Below, piece after piece: positions 49,729 through 59,928 of a stretch of DNA of 64,000 nt. Made by a program: the position numbers and the translations under genes. Each line of letters starts with the position of its first letter. Positions within the stretch are counted from its first letter, which is position 1. Below the pieces are notes generated by a model. The model saw nothing but the letters and a program-made list of their open reading frames with translations. It was not told the DNA's origin and did no database searches. The stretch comes from an uncultured Candidatus Obscuribacterales bacterium (GTDB lineage Bacteria > Cyanobacteriota > Vampirovibrionia > Obscuribacterales > Obscuribacteraceae): the NCBI GenBank assembly GCA_964572515.1, contig CAZNEW010000006.1:33267-97266 (forward strand), written 5' to 3'.

Positions 49729-50646
49729 ATGAATAAAACCATCCTCAATATCGCTCTATCACTTTGTTTTGCAGTAAGTATGCCTTTTGCAAGTGCGACA
49801 AAAGTCGACGCAAAGCCAGTCACTCACTGGAGCTCAACTATAAAAGTTCCTCACCGCTCCTGGTTGCCAGAAAATAGACCCAAACGAGTTTTGCTTTGTG
49901 TGCATGGTCTTGGCTTTTCCAGCGAGTCTTTTAACGATTTTGGAAACAGAATGGCTGCTCGCGGCTTTGCTGTTTATGCAGTAGACGTTCGTGGTTTTGG
50001 TGCCTGGATGAAGAATCGCGGCGACAAAGCTTTGTGCGACTTTGAGGCCTGTCTTGTAGACATCGAGAACGCACTCAAAAACATTCGCAAAGCCTACCCA
50101 GGCGCTCAAGTTTATTTGGTGGGCGAATCGATGGGAGGAGCTATCGCTCTTAGAGCCACATCACGCTACCCTCAACTAGTGGATGGGCTGATTTCCTCGG
50201 TTCCTTCAAACGAAAGATATGCAAACCTTTCCGAAACTCTCAAAGTCGGAACCCGCTATCTTGTTGATAAAGACGAAAAGATGAATATCGCTCCAATTGT
50301 TGTTAAACACGCAACCCAGGATCCCAAATTGCAAAAGACCTGGATGGCTGAAAAAACCAATCGCATGCAGATGACGCCTAAAGAGCTGAAACAATTCAAC
50401 GATTTTATGAAAGGCAATTATGATGCAGCAGCACTGATTGAAAAAACTCCTGTTTTAATGCTTGCCGGCTTCAAAGACAAGCTTGTAAAGCCAGAAGGCA
50501 CAATCGAACTTTTCAACGATGTAACCTGCCCAAACAAAATTTTGTTTGTTATTGGCGACAGCGAACACTTATTGCTTGAAGAAAATCAATTCACCGAGCA
50601 AATGGCATCATTCATGACCACCTGGGTAAATACCTGCCGCGACTAA
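49729..50646 (+). CDS. secreted alpha/beta-hydrolase (lysophospholipase/monoglyceride-lipase-like)
   Basis: Signal peptide. HGLGFSS oxyanion region, nucleophile elbow GESMGG, C-terminal DSEH. ATG at 49729 preferred over the TTG at 49717. Confidence 0.75.
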   Translation: MNKTILNIALSLCFAVSMPFASATKVDAKPVTHWSSTIKVPHRSWLPENRPKRVLLCVHGLGFSSESFNDFGNRMAARGFAVYAVDVRGFGAWMKNRGDKALCDFEACLVDIENALKNIRKAYPGAQVYLVGESMGGAIALRATSRYPQLVDGLISSVPSNERYANLSETLKVGTRYLVDKDEKMNIAPIVVKHATQDPKLQKTWMAEKTNRMQMTPKELKQFNDFMKGNYDAAALIEKTPVLMLAGFKDKLVKPEGTIELFNDVTCPNKILFVIGDSEHLLLEENQFTEQMASFMTTWVNTCRD

Positions 50647-50661
50647 ACCTGACTTGTCGTT

Positions 50662-51000
50662 CTAATTCTTTTTAGGCTCTTCGGTACGCTTGTTCAGCTG
50701 AAGAGCCTTTATTTGTATGCTAACCTCATTCAGGTCGCCTTCCAGCTTCAAAGTTTCGTCTTGAGATAATTCGCGAGTTTTGTCAGTTTTCCATTTCGCT
50801 TTTTTCTTAGCTATTTTGGCAAGCATTTTGCGTAACTTATCGCCCTCTTTAGCTGTGAGCGCTTTTTTCTCCTGAGCCGCATTGATGTCTTTCATCAATT
50901 GCTCTTGTCTTTCGTCAATAGTCCAGGTTTTGGCAAAAACATCAGCTGGGACGAACCAAGCAAAGCAAAGAACCAGAAAGAGCGCCAGAATAGAGTTCAT
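50662..51000 (-). CDS. secreted coiled-coil hypothetical protein
   Basis: Signal peptide MNSILALFLVLCFAWFVPADVFA, then a Lys/Glu-rich helical sequence. Confidence 0.55.
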   Translation of the reverse strand: MNSILALFLVLCFAWFVPADVFAKTWTIDERQEQLMKDINAAQEKKALTAKEGDKLRKMLAKIAKKKAKWKTDKTRELSQDETLKLEGDLNEVSIQIKALQLNKRTEEPKKN

Positions 51001-51187
51001 GTACTAATCCTCAATATCTCGAATTCTCAAACAATAGAGTCCAATCATCATACCAAAGTTTGTCTGCCAGGCAAAAATCATGCCGCCGGGGGTAGTTCTT
51101 TCACACCTTTGTGTGATGTCAGCTTTACCTAAGTAATTAGATAATGCAATTGGGGACGCTCATTTAATCCAAAAGAAGGTATAGCCT

Positions 51188-51892
51188 ATGGACTCGGTTC
51201 TAGTTTTGGACGACGATCAATACTTTCGTGCCCTGATTGCAGCTTATCTGCGCGATGAGGGGCTTACTACGGTTGAAGCTCGCACCGGGAGCGAGGCAAC
51301 CGATTGGCTTGGACGAGAAAAATTCGCCCTTGTCATTGTTGATTATAGATTGCCAGACTGCGATGGATTGAGCTGGATCAATTACCATCGTTTAAACGGA
51401 GTAGAAATTCCCTTTGTAGTGTTGTCGGGAATTCCGTTGAGCAATCAAAAACAAACACGCATGCGTAATTTGCTTGGTGTAGAACACGTTTTGCAAAAAC
51501 CGATTAATCCTTTTGAGTTTATTCGTTTGATCAGAAAACAACTGCATATGCAGGTCGATCCTCCAATAAATGCAAGCGAACAAGAAAAAAATCACGATGT
51601 ACAAATTTTCAATGATGCTGACCTCGACGAAGAACTCGATGGTGAGATGGAAGATATTAGAGACGCTTATTTGCACGACCTGCCTGCACTCTTGCGTAAA
51701 CTGGCTACGTCTATTGAGAAAAGCAATGAAACCTGCATGATGAGCGACTTTGGTAAGGAAGCCCTAATGGAAGCACACAAAATCCATGGTACGGCAGGCA
51801 CTTTGTCTTTCAACGGCATTTCGCAAATTGCCGGGATGATTGAAAAAGCGCTGAAGAAGGCAGTCCGTCAAAGCAAAAAATTCGCCACTTAG
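51188..51892 (+). CDS. response regulator receiver fused to an HPt domain
   Basis: REC: VLVLDDD...VIVDYRLPDCDG. C-terminal HPt-like MEAHKIHGTAGTLSFNGI. Confidence 0.75.
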   Translation: MDSVLVLDDDQYFRALIAAYLRDEGLTTVEARTGSEATDWLGREKFALVIVDYRLPDCDGLSWINYHRLNGVEIPFVVLSGIPLSNQKQTRMRNLLGVEHVLQKPINPFEFIRLIRKQLHMQVDPPINASEQEKNHDVQIFNDADLDEELDGEMEDIRDAYLHDLPALLRKLATSIEKSNETCMMSDFGKEALMEAHKIHGTAGTLSFNGISQIAGMIEKALKKAVRQSKKFAT

Positions 51893-51901
51893 AGGTTAAG
51901 A

Positions 51902-52300
51902 ATGAACATATCTTCTGTTTTATTAGTAGACGATGATGCAAACATTCGTCGTATCACCCAACTCGTCTTGACTCGCATGGTGCCATGGGAAGTTAAACTA
52001 GCAGATTCGGGCAAAGAAGCGCTCGATATTTTGACTGAGTATCAGCCCGACCTGATCTTGCTTGATGTAATGATGCCAGGAATGGACGGACCCACAACTC
52101 TCAACATTATCAAGCAAACATATGGAAATGCAGCGCCGCCAGTCATATTCATGACAGCAAAAGCATTTAAAACTGAAGTAGAGCATTACTTGAATCTAGG
52201 CTCTGCAGGTGTGATTACTAAACCATTCGATCCCAAAGGATTGCCTGAAGAAATCCAGACCATTTTTAAAAATTGGAACAAAGGAAAAATCGTCGCATGA
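51902..52300 (+). CDS. single-domain (CheY-like) response regulator
   Basis: VLLVDDDANI...LILLDVMMPGMDG...MTAK...ITKPF. Confidence 0.85.
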   Translation: MNISSVLLVDDDANIRRITQLVLTRMVPWEVKLADSGKEALDILTEYQPDLILLDVMMPGMDGPTTLNIIKQTYGNAAPPVIFMTAKAFKTEVEHYLNLGSAGVITKPFDPKGLPEEIQTIFKNWNKGKIVA

Positions 52301-52908
52301 AGTTACAAGTGCGAATTTCTGAAAGAACTTTTGGGTTTTTTCTAGCTCTATGGGCTTGTCTTATAGGTTTGTGCTATTACGCCTTGATTGCCTATAGCGC
52401 AAATGCTGGTTTGCACAATCACGAGAACGATTTGAAATTTTGGCCAGAGAAAAGCGAACTCACCAGAAACAAAGGGAGATTTACCCTGGTAACTTTTTTT
52501 CACCCTTATTGTCCGTGCTCTAAAGCCAGTCTCAATGAATTAAATAAAATAATGTCACGCACTCACCACAATATGGACTGTCAGATTGTTTTTCTAAAAC
52601 CATCTACAAATGAGCCTGACTGGGAAAAATCATATCTCTGGCAACTTTCAAGTCAAATTCCAAATAGCACCCGCAAAACCGATGTGAATGGAATGCTTGC
52701 AAAATCATTCAATGCCACCACGTCAGGACAAACATTTTTGTACGACCCAGATGGAAAACTAGTTTTTTCTGGAGGAATTACAACATCCAGAGGACACGAA
52801 GGAGATAGCCAGGGCAGTATTGCCATAGAAAATCTATCCGCCGCAAGAGAAGCTAAAACCAGTTGCAGTCAAGTTTACGGTTGCCCACTGTTCGAAAACA
52901 AAATTTAG
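52297..52908 (+). CDS. membrane-anchored thioredoxin-fold protein (CPC motif)
   Basis: ATGA-coupled to the upstream regulator. One TM helix, then FTLVTFFHPYCPCSKASLNEL and LYDPDGKLVFSGGIT. Confidence 0.6.
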   Translation: MKLQVRISERTFGFFLALWACLIGLCYYALIAYSANAGLHNHENDLKFWPEKSELTRNKGRFTLVTFFHPYCPCSKASLNELNKIMSRTHHNMDCQIVFLKPSTNEPDWEKSYLWQLSSQIPNSTRKTDVNGMLAKSFNATTSGQTFLYDPDGKLVFSGGITTSRGHEGDSQGSIAIENLSAAREAKTSCSQVYGCPLFENKI

Positions 52909-52924
52909 TAAGGAACTGAAGAAT

Positions 52925-55858
52925 ATGTTTATTACAAAAATGCCGAAAATCGAGCTCGATGGACGTGCAAAAGAAATTTTCGATCAGCAGCTGCTAGAGT
53001 CAAATGTAAAAGTCGACAGATTGTTTGCTAATCTACTAATCATTCAGTGGACTGCTGGCTTTCTGATTACGTTATTCATTTCGCCGCTGGCGTGGGAAGG
53101 TAAAACCAGTTATCTACACCCACATATCTGGTTTGCCATTGCATTTGGTGCATTAATAACACTGCCCGCCTTGCATTGCATTTACATGTATCCTGGTAAA
53201 GCGATTACAAGACATGTTGTAGCCATAAGCCAAATTCTGTTTTCAGCCTTACTAATTCACCTGACTGGTGGGCGCATAGAAACGCACTTTCACATTTTTG
53301 GCTCACTTGCATTTCTTGCTTTCTATCGCGATTGGCGCGTACTTTGTACGGCTTCTTGTATGGTGCTTGTCGACCATATTTTGCGCGGCATTTTGATTCC
53401 TGAATCGGTCTACGGAGTATTGAATTCGGACCCGCTTCGCTCGCTAGAGCATGGAATCTGGGTACTTTTTGAAGATATCATTCTGATCAGTGCTTGCCTT
53501 AACGGCAAAAATGAGCTGAAACTAGCTGCCATGCAAAGAGCTCAAATAGAAGAAACAAACGAACAATCAAAAGATTTAGCTGAATCTAGAGCTTTAAAAC
53601 TTGCATCAAGCGAACAAAAGCTGTCTGAAATTCTAGACTCGGTTTTAGATGGTTTTATTATGACCGACATAAACGGTGTAATTACTACCTGGAACAAACA
53701 GGCTGAAAAAATATTCGGTTGGAAAGCCGAGGAAGCGATTGGCACAAATCTTGCAGCTTTCATTTCATTGCCACCAAATACGATTACCGGCTATTCTCGC
53801 GTAGCAATGCTCTCATTGGATGAGAAACGCGAATTCACCAAACGTCGAACAGAAATTTCTGCTTTCCATAAAAACGGTCAAGAAGTCCCGATTGAAATAA
53901 CGTTGACACCGCATCAAGACAATGAAAGCTGGATATTTTCTGTTTTTGTTCGTGATATTCAAGACCGCAAAAAATCCGAAATGACTGCAAAACAACTGAC
54001 CTCTATCGTCAATGCCTCTCAAGACGCCATCATCGGTGAAAATCTGGATGGCACAATTGTTTCGTGGAGTCCTGGCGCAGAGAGAATGTATGGATACAAA
54101 GCCGAAGAAATGATCGGGGCTAATATCAGGATGATTATTCCTGGTGAAAAAATTGAAGAATTTGAAGAGCTATCAAATCTTGTACGCATCGGTGAATCGG
54201 TAAACGATTTTGAAACACTGCGAATCAAGTCCGATGGCAGCACCCTTGAAATTTCACAAGCAGTTTCGCCAGTTAAAAATGAATTTGGCACTATACAGGG
54301 AATCTCGGTTATTGCAAGAGATATTACACACCGAAAAGAAGTAGAAAAACGTATCAACGAATTCTACTCGACTGTTTCGCACGAATTGAGAACACCACTT
54401 ACATCTATTCGTGGAGCTTTGAGTCTTGTTGCCGACGAAATTGTCGAGCCAGATTCTGACGAAGCAAAAGAAATGATCCGCATCGCTCGCAATTCATCAG
54501 AGCGTCTGGTTAATATCATCAACGATATTTTAGACTTGCGCAAGATTGAAGCAGGCAAACTCGAACTGCACAAAGAAACCGTTTCGGCTCGGTCAGTCGT
54601 TGCGCGCGGTATCGAATTGATGGATGGAATGGCTCGCAGTGCTAATGTAACGTTGTCTTCAACGATAGATCCAGATTTGACTCTTTCAGCAGATGCCTCG
54701 CGCTTACTTCAGGTTTTGACTAATTTATTATCAAATGCAATCAAATATTCTGAGCAAGGGGATTTGGTCAATATTACGGTTGAAGAAAATGAATTTGGAC
54801 GAGCCAGATTTTCTGTTACCGATGAAGGTCCAGGAATTCCGCTCGAGCACCAGAATAAGTTGTTTGAAAAATTCCAACAAATAGACTCATCTGACACTCG
54901 TCCCAAAGAAGGCACTGGTCTTGGTCTTGCAATCTGCAAGGCTATCATAACTCAACATGGTGGCGAAATTGGAATGCACAGCCTTCCTGGACTTGGGTCT
55001 ACTTTCTGGTTCGAGTTGCCAATGATCAAAAATGAGGAGAAAACCGAAGACAATGCACAGGCAGACGACCAAAAGCTTGTGATGATTGTCGAAGACGATG
55101 AGAATTTGATTCAGTTTCTTAAATTACGTCTGCACAAAGAAGGTTATGCCACCAAACATGCAACCTGCAAAGAACAGGCTCTACAAGTACTGAGCAGATG
55201 CAAGCCAGATGTTATTTTGATGGATCTGCTATTACCTGACGGCAATGGGCTTGAAATCATAGAACAGACACGAAAAATAGAACATCTCAAAGATTTGCCG
55301 ATTATCATCATGACCGGTAAAAATGTAGAAGACCTTGAATGCTCTCCACCTGTAGTATTTGACTGGTTTGTCAAACCTTTCGATCAATCCAACCTAATAC
55401 GCTCGGTAGAGCGAGCCACTACCGATATTCCCAAGCGCAAAGTGCTTGTAATCGAAGACGACACTGATACAAGAGCTGTCATTGTTGCTCAACTGAAGAA
55501 GCTGAAAGCACATTGCTTAGAAGCAGAAAACGGCATTCAAGCGCTGTCTATCGCACGTTCAACTCATCCAGATGTGATTGTACTCGATGTAGGAATTCCC
55601 CAAATGGACGGATTCAAATTTGTTGAATCGCTCAATAACAGCGGGTCAGATAAGTGTCTTGTGCCACTTATCGTATATTCGGGAGAAGAATTCACCGAGG
55701 CTGATAGACGAAAACTCACTTTAGGCATTACAAGACATATGACAAAAGGGCGCGTTTCACCTGACGAATTTGTTTCTGCTGTGCGCGAGTTGCTAGATAC
55801 GGTGACTTCACCGCAGCAAGCTTCAACAGATCCCATAGATAGCTTGCAGACAGCTTAA
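52925..55858 (+). CDS. hybrid sensor histidine kinase (polytopic membrane sensor - PAS x2-3 - HisKA - HATPase_c - REC - REC)
   Basis: N-terminal multi-TM region with a His-rich motif HLTGGRIETHFHIFGSLAFLAFYRD. H-box FYSTVSHELRTPLTSI, G-box GTGLGLAICKAI, two receiver domains. Confidence 0.9.
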   Translation: MFITKMPKIELDGRAKEIFDQQLLESNVKVDRLFANLLIIQWTAGFLITLFISPLAWEGKTSYLHPHIWFAIAFGALITLPALHCIYMYPGKAITRHVVAISQILFSALLIHLTGGRIETHFHIFGSLAFLAFYRDWRVLCTASCMVLVDHILRGILIPESVYGVLNSDPLRSLEHGIWVLFEDIILISACLNGKNELKLAAMQRAQIEETNEQSKDLAESRALKLASSEQKLSEILDSVLDGFIMTDINGVITTWNKQAEKIFGWKAEEAIGTNLAAFISLPPNTITGYSRVAMLSLDEKREFTKRRTEISAFHKNGQEVPIEITLTPHQDNESWIFSVFVRDIQDRKKSEMTAKQLTSIVNASQDAIIGENLDGTIVSWSPGAERMYGYKAEEMIGANIRMIIPGEKIEEFEELSNLVRIGESVNDFETLRIKSDGSTLEISQAVSPVKNEFGTIQGISVIARDITHRKEVEKRINEFYSTVSHELRTPLTSIRGALSLVADEIVEPDSDEAKEMIRIARNSSERLVNIINDILDLRKIEAGKLELHKETVSARSVVARGIELMDGMARSANVTLSSTIDPDLTLSADASRLLQVLTNLLSNAIKYSEQGDLVNITVEENEFGRARFSVTDEGPGIPLEHQNKLFEKFQQIDSSDTRPKEGTGLGLAICKAIITQHGGEIGMHSLPGLGSTFWFELPMIKNEEKTEDNAQADDQKLVMIVEDDENLIQFLKLRLHKEGYATKHATCKEQALQVLSRCKPDVILMDLLLPDGNGLEIIEQTRKIEHLKDLPIIIMTGKNVEDLECSPPVVFDWFVKPFDQSNLIRSVERATTDIPKRKVLVIEDDTDTRAVIVAQLKKLKAHCLEAENGIQALSIARSTHPDVIVLDVGIPQMDGFKFVESLNNSGSDKCLVPLIVYSGEEFTEADRRKLTLGITRHMTKGRVSPDEFVSAVRELLDTVTSPQQASTDPIDSLQTA

Positions 55859-55956
55859 CCAGACCATTGCCAAGCAGCGATTTAATACGCTCCTTTGAAC
55901 AGTTTATATACAATTGCGACTCTTAACTGATTACTCCTCTTTATAAGGGTCCAACT

Positions 55957-57513
55957 GTGAGCAATAGAGAAAACAACAATTTAAGCGAGGTTACAGTCAG
56001 TGGCATTAGCCGCCGTCTGTTCCTTACAAAAGGAATAGCAGCCGCAGGCTCCATCTTCGTGGCGCTTAAAACTTTCGATTTAAATGCACTTGCTGCTTCC
56101 AGCAAAAAAATAAAATTAGATGCTGCATTGCTCAAAACCAAATACGGTTTCAAAGGAAAAATATTCACTGGCAAAGACGACAATTTCGACGCGGCAGTAG
56201 TTGGAGGTTTATGGAACCGCTTGAGACCCACAAACCGAAGACCGCAAATGGTTGCACAAGCGCTGGATGAAGACGATGTGGTAGCAGTCGTAAAATACGC
56301 TAAAGCAAACAAAGTAAAAGTAGCCATCAGAGGCGGTGGACACAACTGGTGCTCACCTTCTGTAAGAAACAGCGGCATCATGCTTGACTTGACCAATATG
56401 AATCAAGTCATTTCTATTGATGCCGACAAAAAACGTGCGGTTTTACAGCCAATCATTAGCAACAGACAAGCTCAAGAGGAGTTAAACAAAGTCGGACTGT
56501 CATTTCCAACAGGACATTGTCCTCAAGTAAAACTTTCAGGCTATTTTCTAAGTGGTGGCATGTCATGGAATCAAGGTAGCTGGGGACACGGTTACGAAGG
56601 ACTTGAAGCAATCGAGATGGTGACTGCAGAAGGCAAAAAGATCACCGCCTCAGCCACAGAAAATCAAGACTACTTCTGGGCTGCTCGTGGCTCTGGTCCT
56701 GGATTCTTTGCCGTATGCACAAGATACCATCTGAAATGCTTCCCTCTGCCCAAAGCTATTACTGCTAGCGTTTATTACTATCCTTACAATGAGATAGAAA
56801 AAATAGCTGAGTGGCTTGGACCTCTCGCCAGTCAGATGCCTTCAAGTATAGAACTGAGTCTTTTTGCTGTACACGCGCCAGACGATATCGCCGACCAGTG
56901 CAAAGAGTCTAATGGTAAGGTTGCCCTTGTGACCGCTACAATGTTTGCAGACAACGAAGACAATGCCAGATACGAACTTCAAGTGCTCGACAGTTGCCCG
57001 CTACTTGCAAAAGCAATCAAGAAATCGATTGCCGAACCATGCACTTTCCCACAACTCTTCGATGCTTCTGGAGCCCTTTGGCCAGATGGTTTACGCGCGA
57101 AAGTAGACGCTTGTTTCTTCGATGCTCCGCTTAGTGAAGTGTTCAAAGCAAACAAAGAACATTTCCTCAAAGCAGATCCTAAAACTGTTTATATGTTTGC
57201 TGTATTCACCGGCAAAAATCCAGAGCCACCAAGCGATGCTTGCTTTTCAATGCATGCAAAACTCTATGGCGGTCCCTGGACAATGTGGGAGAAAGCCGAG
57301 GACGATGCCAAACAAATTGAATGGCATAACACCTGTGTAAAAAACATGGCACCACTAATCAAAGGGCATTACATATCGGAATCAGATACTGTAGATCATC
57401 CTGAATATGTGGAAAAAGCAGTCAGCAAAACCAACCTTGAAAAGCTGCAAGCAATGAGAGCCAAATACGATCCCGATGGTGTATTTTTCAATTTCAGCGA
57501 TGGATTGAGCTAA
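55957..57513 (+). CDS. Tat-exported FAD-linked oxidase (FAD_binding_4 / BBE-like)
   Basis: Twin-arginine signal ISRRLFLTKGIAAAGS. VAIRGGGHNW FAD-binding motif. C-terminal YDPDGVFF (BBE-like). GTG start. Confidence 0.8.
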   Translation: MSNRENNNLSEVTVSGISRRLFLTKGIAAAGSIFVALKTFDLNALAASSKKIKLDAALLKTKYGFKGKIFTGKDDNFDAAVVGGLWNRLRPTNRRPQMVAQALDEDDVVAVVKYAKANKVKVAIRGGGHNWCSPSVRNSGIMLDLTNMNQVISIDADKKRAVLQPIISNRQAQEELNKVGLSFPTGHCPQVKLSGYFLSGGMSWNQGSWGHGYEGLEAIEMVTAEGKKITASATENQDYFWAARGSGPGFFAVCTRYHLKCFPLPKAITASVYYYPYNEIEKIAEWLGPLASQMPSSIELSLFAVHAPDDIADQCKESNGKVALVTATMFADNEDNARYELQVLDSCPLLAKAIKKSIAEPCTFPQLFDASGALWPDGLRAKVDACFFDAPLSEVFKANKEHFLKADPKTVYMFAVFTGKNPEPPSDACFSMHAKLYGGPWTMWEKAEDDAKQIEWHNTCVKNMAPLIKGHYISESDTVDHPEYVEKAVSKTNLEKLQAMRAKYDPDGVFFNFSDGLS

Positions 57514-57525
57514 AAATACAAAGAA

Positions 57526-57912
57526 CTATTTGCTCCAGAAATCCATTACGAAAACGTCGTCTACCAGAGGCAAATTTTTGTTTTTGAAGGCGACGTGTTC
57601 GGGATGAGTCAAATAGGTATCTCGGTCTTTTTCGTTTTTGAATTTAATTACAAAAGCGTCGGTAAAGTCTTTATTGCGTTTTTCAACACTGTTGTTCTCG
57701 CCGCTTTCAATAGAAACAATTGCGGGAATCTTTTTCTTTAAGGCTTTAAAATTGGCTCTTAATGCCACCTTTTCAGCATCGCTTGTAGTTGATTTGTATT
57801 TGAGCGCCACAAAATGTACAATGCGCGAACCTCGCACTGCGCCTCGACTTTGCAAGACAGAATACGTGGTAACGAGTATGGCGCAAACCAAGAATGTATA
57901 TAGTTTTTTCAT
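57526..57912 (-). CDS. secreted Dabb (stress-responsive A/B barrel) domain protein
   Basis: Signal peptide. IVHFVALKYK...IESGENNS...AFVIKFKNEKDRDTYLTHPEHVAF. Confidence 0.7.
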   Translation of the reverse strand: MKKLYTFLVCAILVTTYSVLQSRGAVRGSRIVHFVALKYKSTTSDAEKVALRANFKALKKKIPAIVSIESGENNSVEKRNKDFTDAFVIKFKNEKDRDTYLTHPEHVAFKNKNLPLVDDVFVMDFWSK

Positions 57913-58826
57913 TAGCTAATTTCCGCGGACCGAAGCAACTCTACTAATTCTTCATGGAACAATTCGATTGTGTACTGAGTATCGAAAAGCATACGTATTC
58001 GTCTATTAAACTCAGCTGCACCTATCTTGTATTTTTTACCTTGCGGCACCACGGCTGAAAGTTTTTCCAAATTCGGCTCAGACATCGTGCGCAAATATTT
58101 TCCTTTCTTCCAGTTATCCACCAAAACCTGAGACCTAGTTTTACCATCTCTAGCGCCAGGTGGAACAGAGTCCAGATATTTTATTACCAGCTTCGACTCA
58201 TGATCAGTTGCAACCGGTTTTTGAATTTTGAACACATCAGTCAAAATGGTTGCATCGCCATCTACCGGTTTTTTGTAGCCCATATTTGTTTGAGCAAAAG
58301 CAAGCATCGATAAACAAAGTCCGATACTACTTGCCAAAAGCAATAATTCAGACCCCAGTGCTCCACGTCCGTTCAAGAAAGCTGGTCCTGACAAAACGCC
58401 AAGTACACCTATTTGCATAAAGTTAAGCGTAAAAATAGAGTTCAAGATTTTCTGTTGTTTGGCATTTAGCGCTCCCTGACCGGCGAACGCCCAGGATAAA
58501 TCACGGTCGATTCGACCTGATACCATCCTCACTTCCATAGAAGCTCCAAGAACTTTATCGAGAACATCAACCTTAAGACCAAGCTCCTCGTCGGTTAGCG
58601 GCAAATTTTCATGCCCCTGACGCAATTGTTTGAGTTGCATCAGTCGCTCCACTTTGGGCAAAATTCCAAGCAAATTCGCAGCCTCTTTTGCTCCTGGAGT
58701 CAGAGAAACAGCTTGTCCTTCCAACTGAATTCTATCCAGAGCAGATACTGGTTTATTCAAAACACTGAACTGCATAAACATAATAATAAAAGCAAGAAAG
58801 ATACCTTTTATTTTGCGGGCAATCAT
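57912..58826 (-). CDS. secreted hypothetical protein (tandem paralog 2)
   Basis: Signal/TM N-terminus. Similar to 58826..59761 (ILNSIFTLNFMQIGVLGVL vs LINTFNFTQNGVLGIV; C-terminal IRMLFDTQYTIELFHEELVELL vs IEILHDFKTHIEEFDGALFELH). Confidence 0.6.
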   Translation of the reverse strand: MIARKIKGIFLAFIIMFMQFSVLNKPVSALDRIQLEGQAVSLTPGAKEAANLLGILPKVERLMQLKQLRQGHENLPLTDEELGLKVDVLDKVLGASMEVRMVSGRIDRDLSWAFAGQGALNAKQQKILNSIFTLNFMQIGVLGVLSGPAFLNGRGALGSELLLLASSIGLCLSMLAFAQTNMGYKKPVDGDATILTDVFKIQKPVATDHESKLVIKYLDSVPPGARDGKTRSQVLVDNWKKGKYLRTMSEPNLEKLSAVVPQGKKYKIGAAEFNRRIRMLFDTQYTIELFHEELVELLRSAEIS

Positions 58827-59761
58827 TATTTCTCTCCAGCTTGAACATTAGTAACTGCTTGATGAAGCTCGAACAAAGCCCCATCAAATTCTTCGATATG
58901 AGTTTTGAAATCGTGCAATATTTCAATTCTCTGACTGACTGTTTTGATTCCTTCTAGACGTGTCTTTTCATTAGTACCGTCCATGAGGTCTCGCTGTTTT
59001 TCATTATTAGCAGAAAGCCCTTTGAGTGCTTCCCAATGCTTCAAGATTATTTCGCGTCGAGGTTCATTCGACCCTTTTCCAGGAATGGGCGAATTGAAAT
59101 ATTTCCACAAATAACTTTGATTGGCATATTCAGGCTTAAAACCTGGATCTGTTACGTGCGATAACATATTGGCACCATCGGTGGTTTTGCGATAAATTAG
59201 ATTTGGTGCATACATGTTTATAACAGGCAAACAGCCACTCATTCCAAAACTGGTCATTGCTATTTCCTGACGGAATATAGGATAGACAGCGGCTATAGCT
59301 AGCGAGTTTTTGACTATGCCAAGCACACCGTTTTGAGTAAAGTTAAAAGTATTAATCAAGTTATTGGTCAATCTTTTTCGATTGTTCAGCGTTTCTAGAT
59401 GCACATTGTTTACTGCGATGTCGAAATTTATTTGCGCCACCACTTTGCGAACTTCTTCTGATGCAACAAACATTCGCCACAAACACATTAACCTGGCGCT
59501 CTGTAACGCTTTAGGAGCATCAGCCATGTCTTTGCCAGAGCGTTGTTGGGTTCGCAACATTTCGACTACAGGTCTGATATTAAGCAAATCTGCTAATTCA
59601 GCAGCGTCAGCGCGAAGCTCATTATTAGCCTCGGCTTGAAGATTGCGTGCGGGAGTAATCTGAATATCGATATACTCTTTAGACGGCTTTGCTTCAGCTG
59701 CGCCGCCGTGTGAAAAGACATAGCCGATCAACGCAAGACATATGAATGTCTTATTTTTCAA
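58826..59761 (-). CDS. secreted hypothetical protein (tandem paralog 1)
   Basis: Signal peptide MKNKTFICLALIGYVFSHGGAAEA. TAATG stop/start overlap with the downstream paralog. Confidence 0.6.
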   Translation of the reverse strand: MKNKTFICLALIGYVFSHGGAAEAKPSKEYIDIQITPARNLQAEANNELRADAAELADLLNIRPVVEMLRTQQRSGKDMADAPKALQSARLMCLWRMFVASEEVRKVVAQINFDIAVNNVHLETLNNRKRLTNNLINTFNFTQNGVLGIVKNSLAIAAVYPIFRQEIAMTSFGMSGCLPVINMYAPNLIYRKTTDGANMLSHVTDPGFKPEYANQSYLWKYFNSPIPGKGSNEPRREIILKHWEALKGLSANNEKQRDLMDGTNEKTRLEGIKTVSQRIEILHDFKTHIEEFDGALFELHQAVTNVQAGEK

Positions 59762-59928
59762 TTTGGTATGTCACCCCCAAGTAACCAACAAATGATACCT
59801 TAAACGTTATTCGAAGCGAGTTGTCATGCACGCTTGACATTCCCCATTTCGGCGGAATATTCCATACTTCTCTATATCTCAAGTAGAATTGTGCAAGTTG
59901 AAGGATACAAAAGGGCTCCAGGTCGAAC

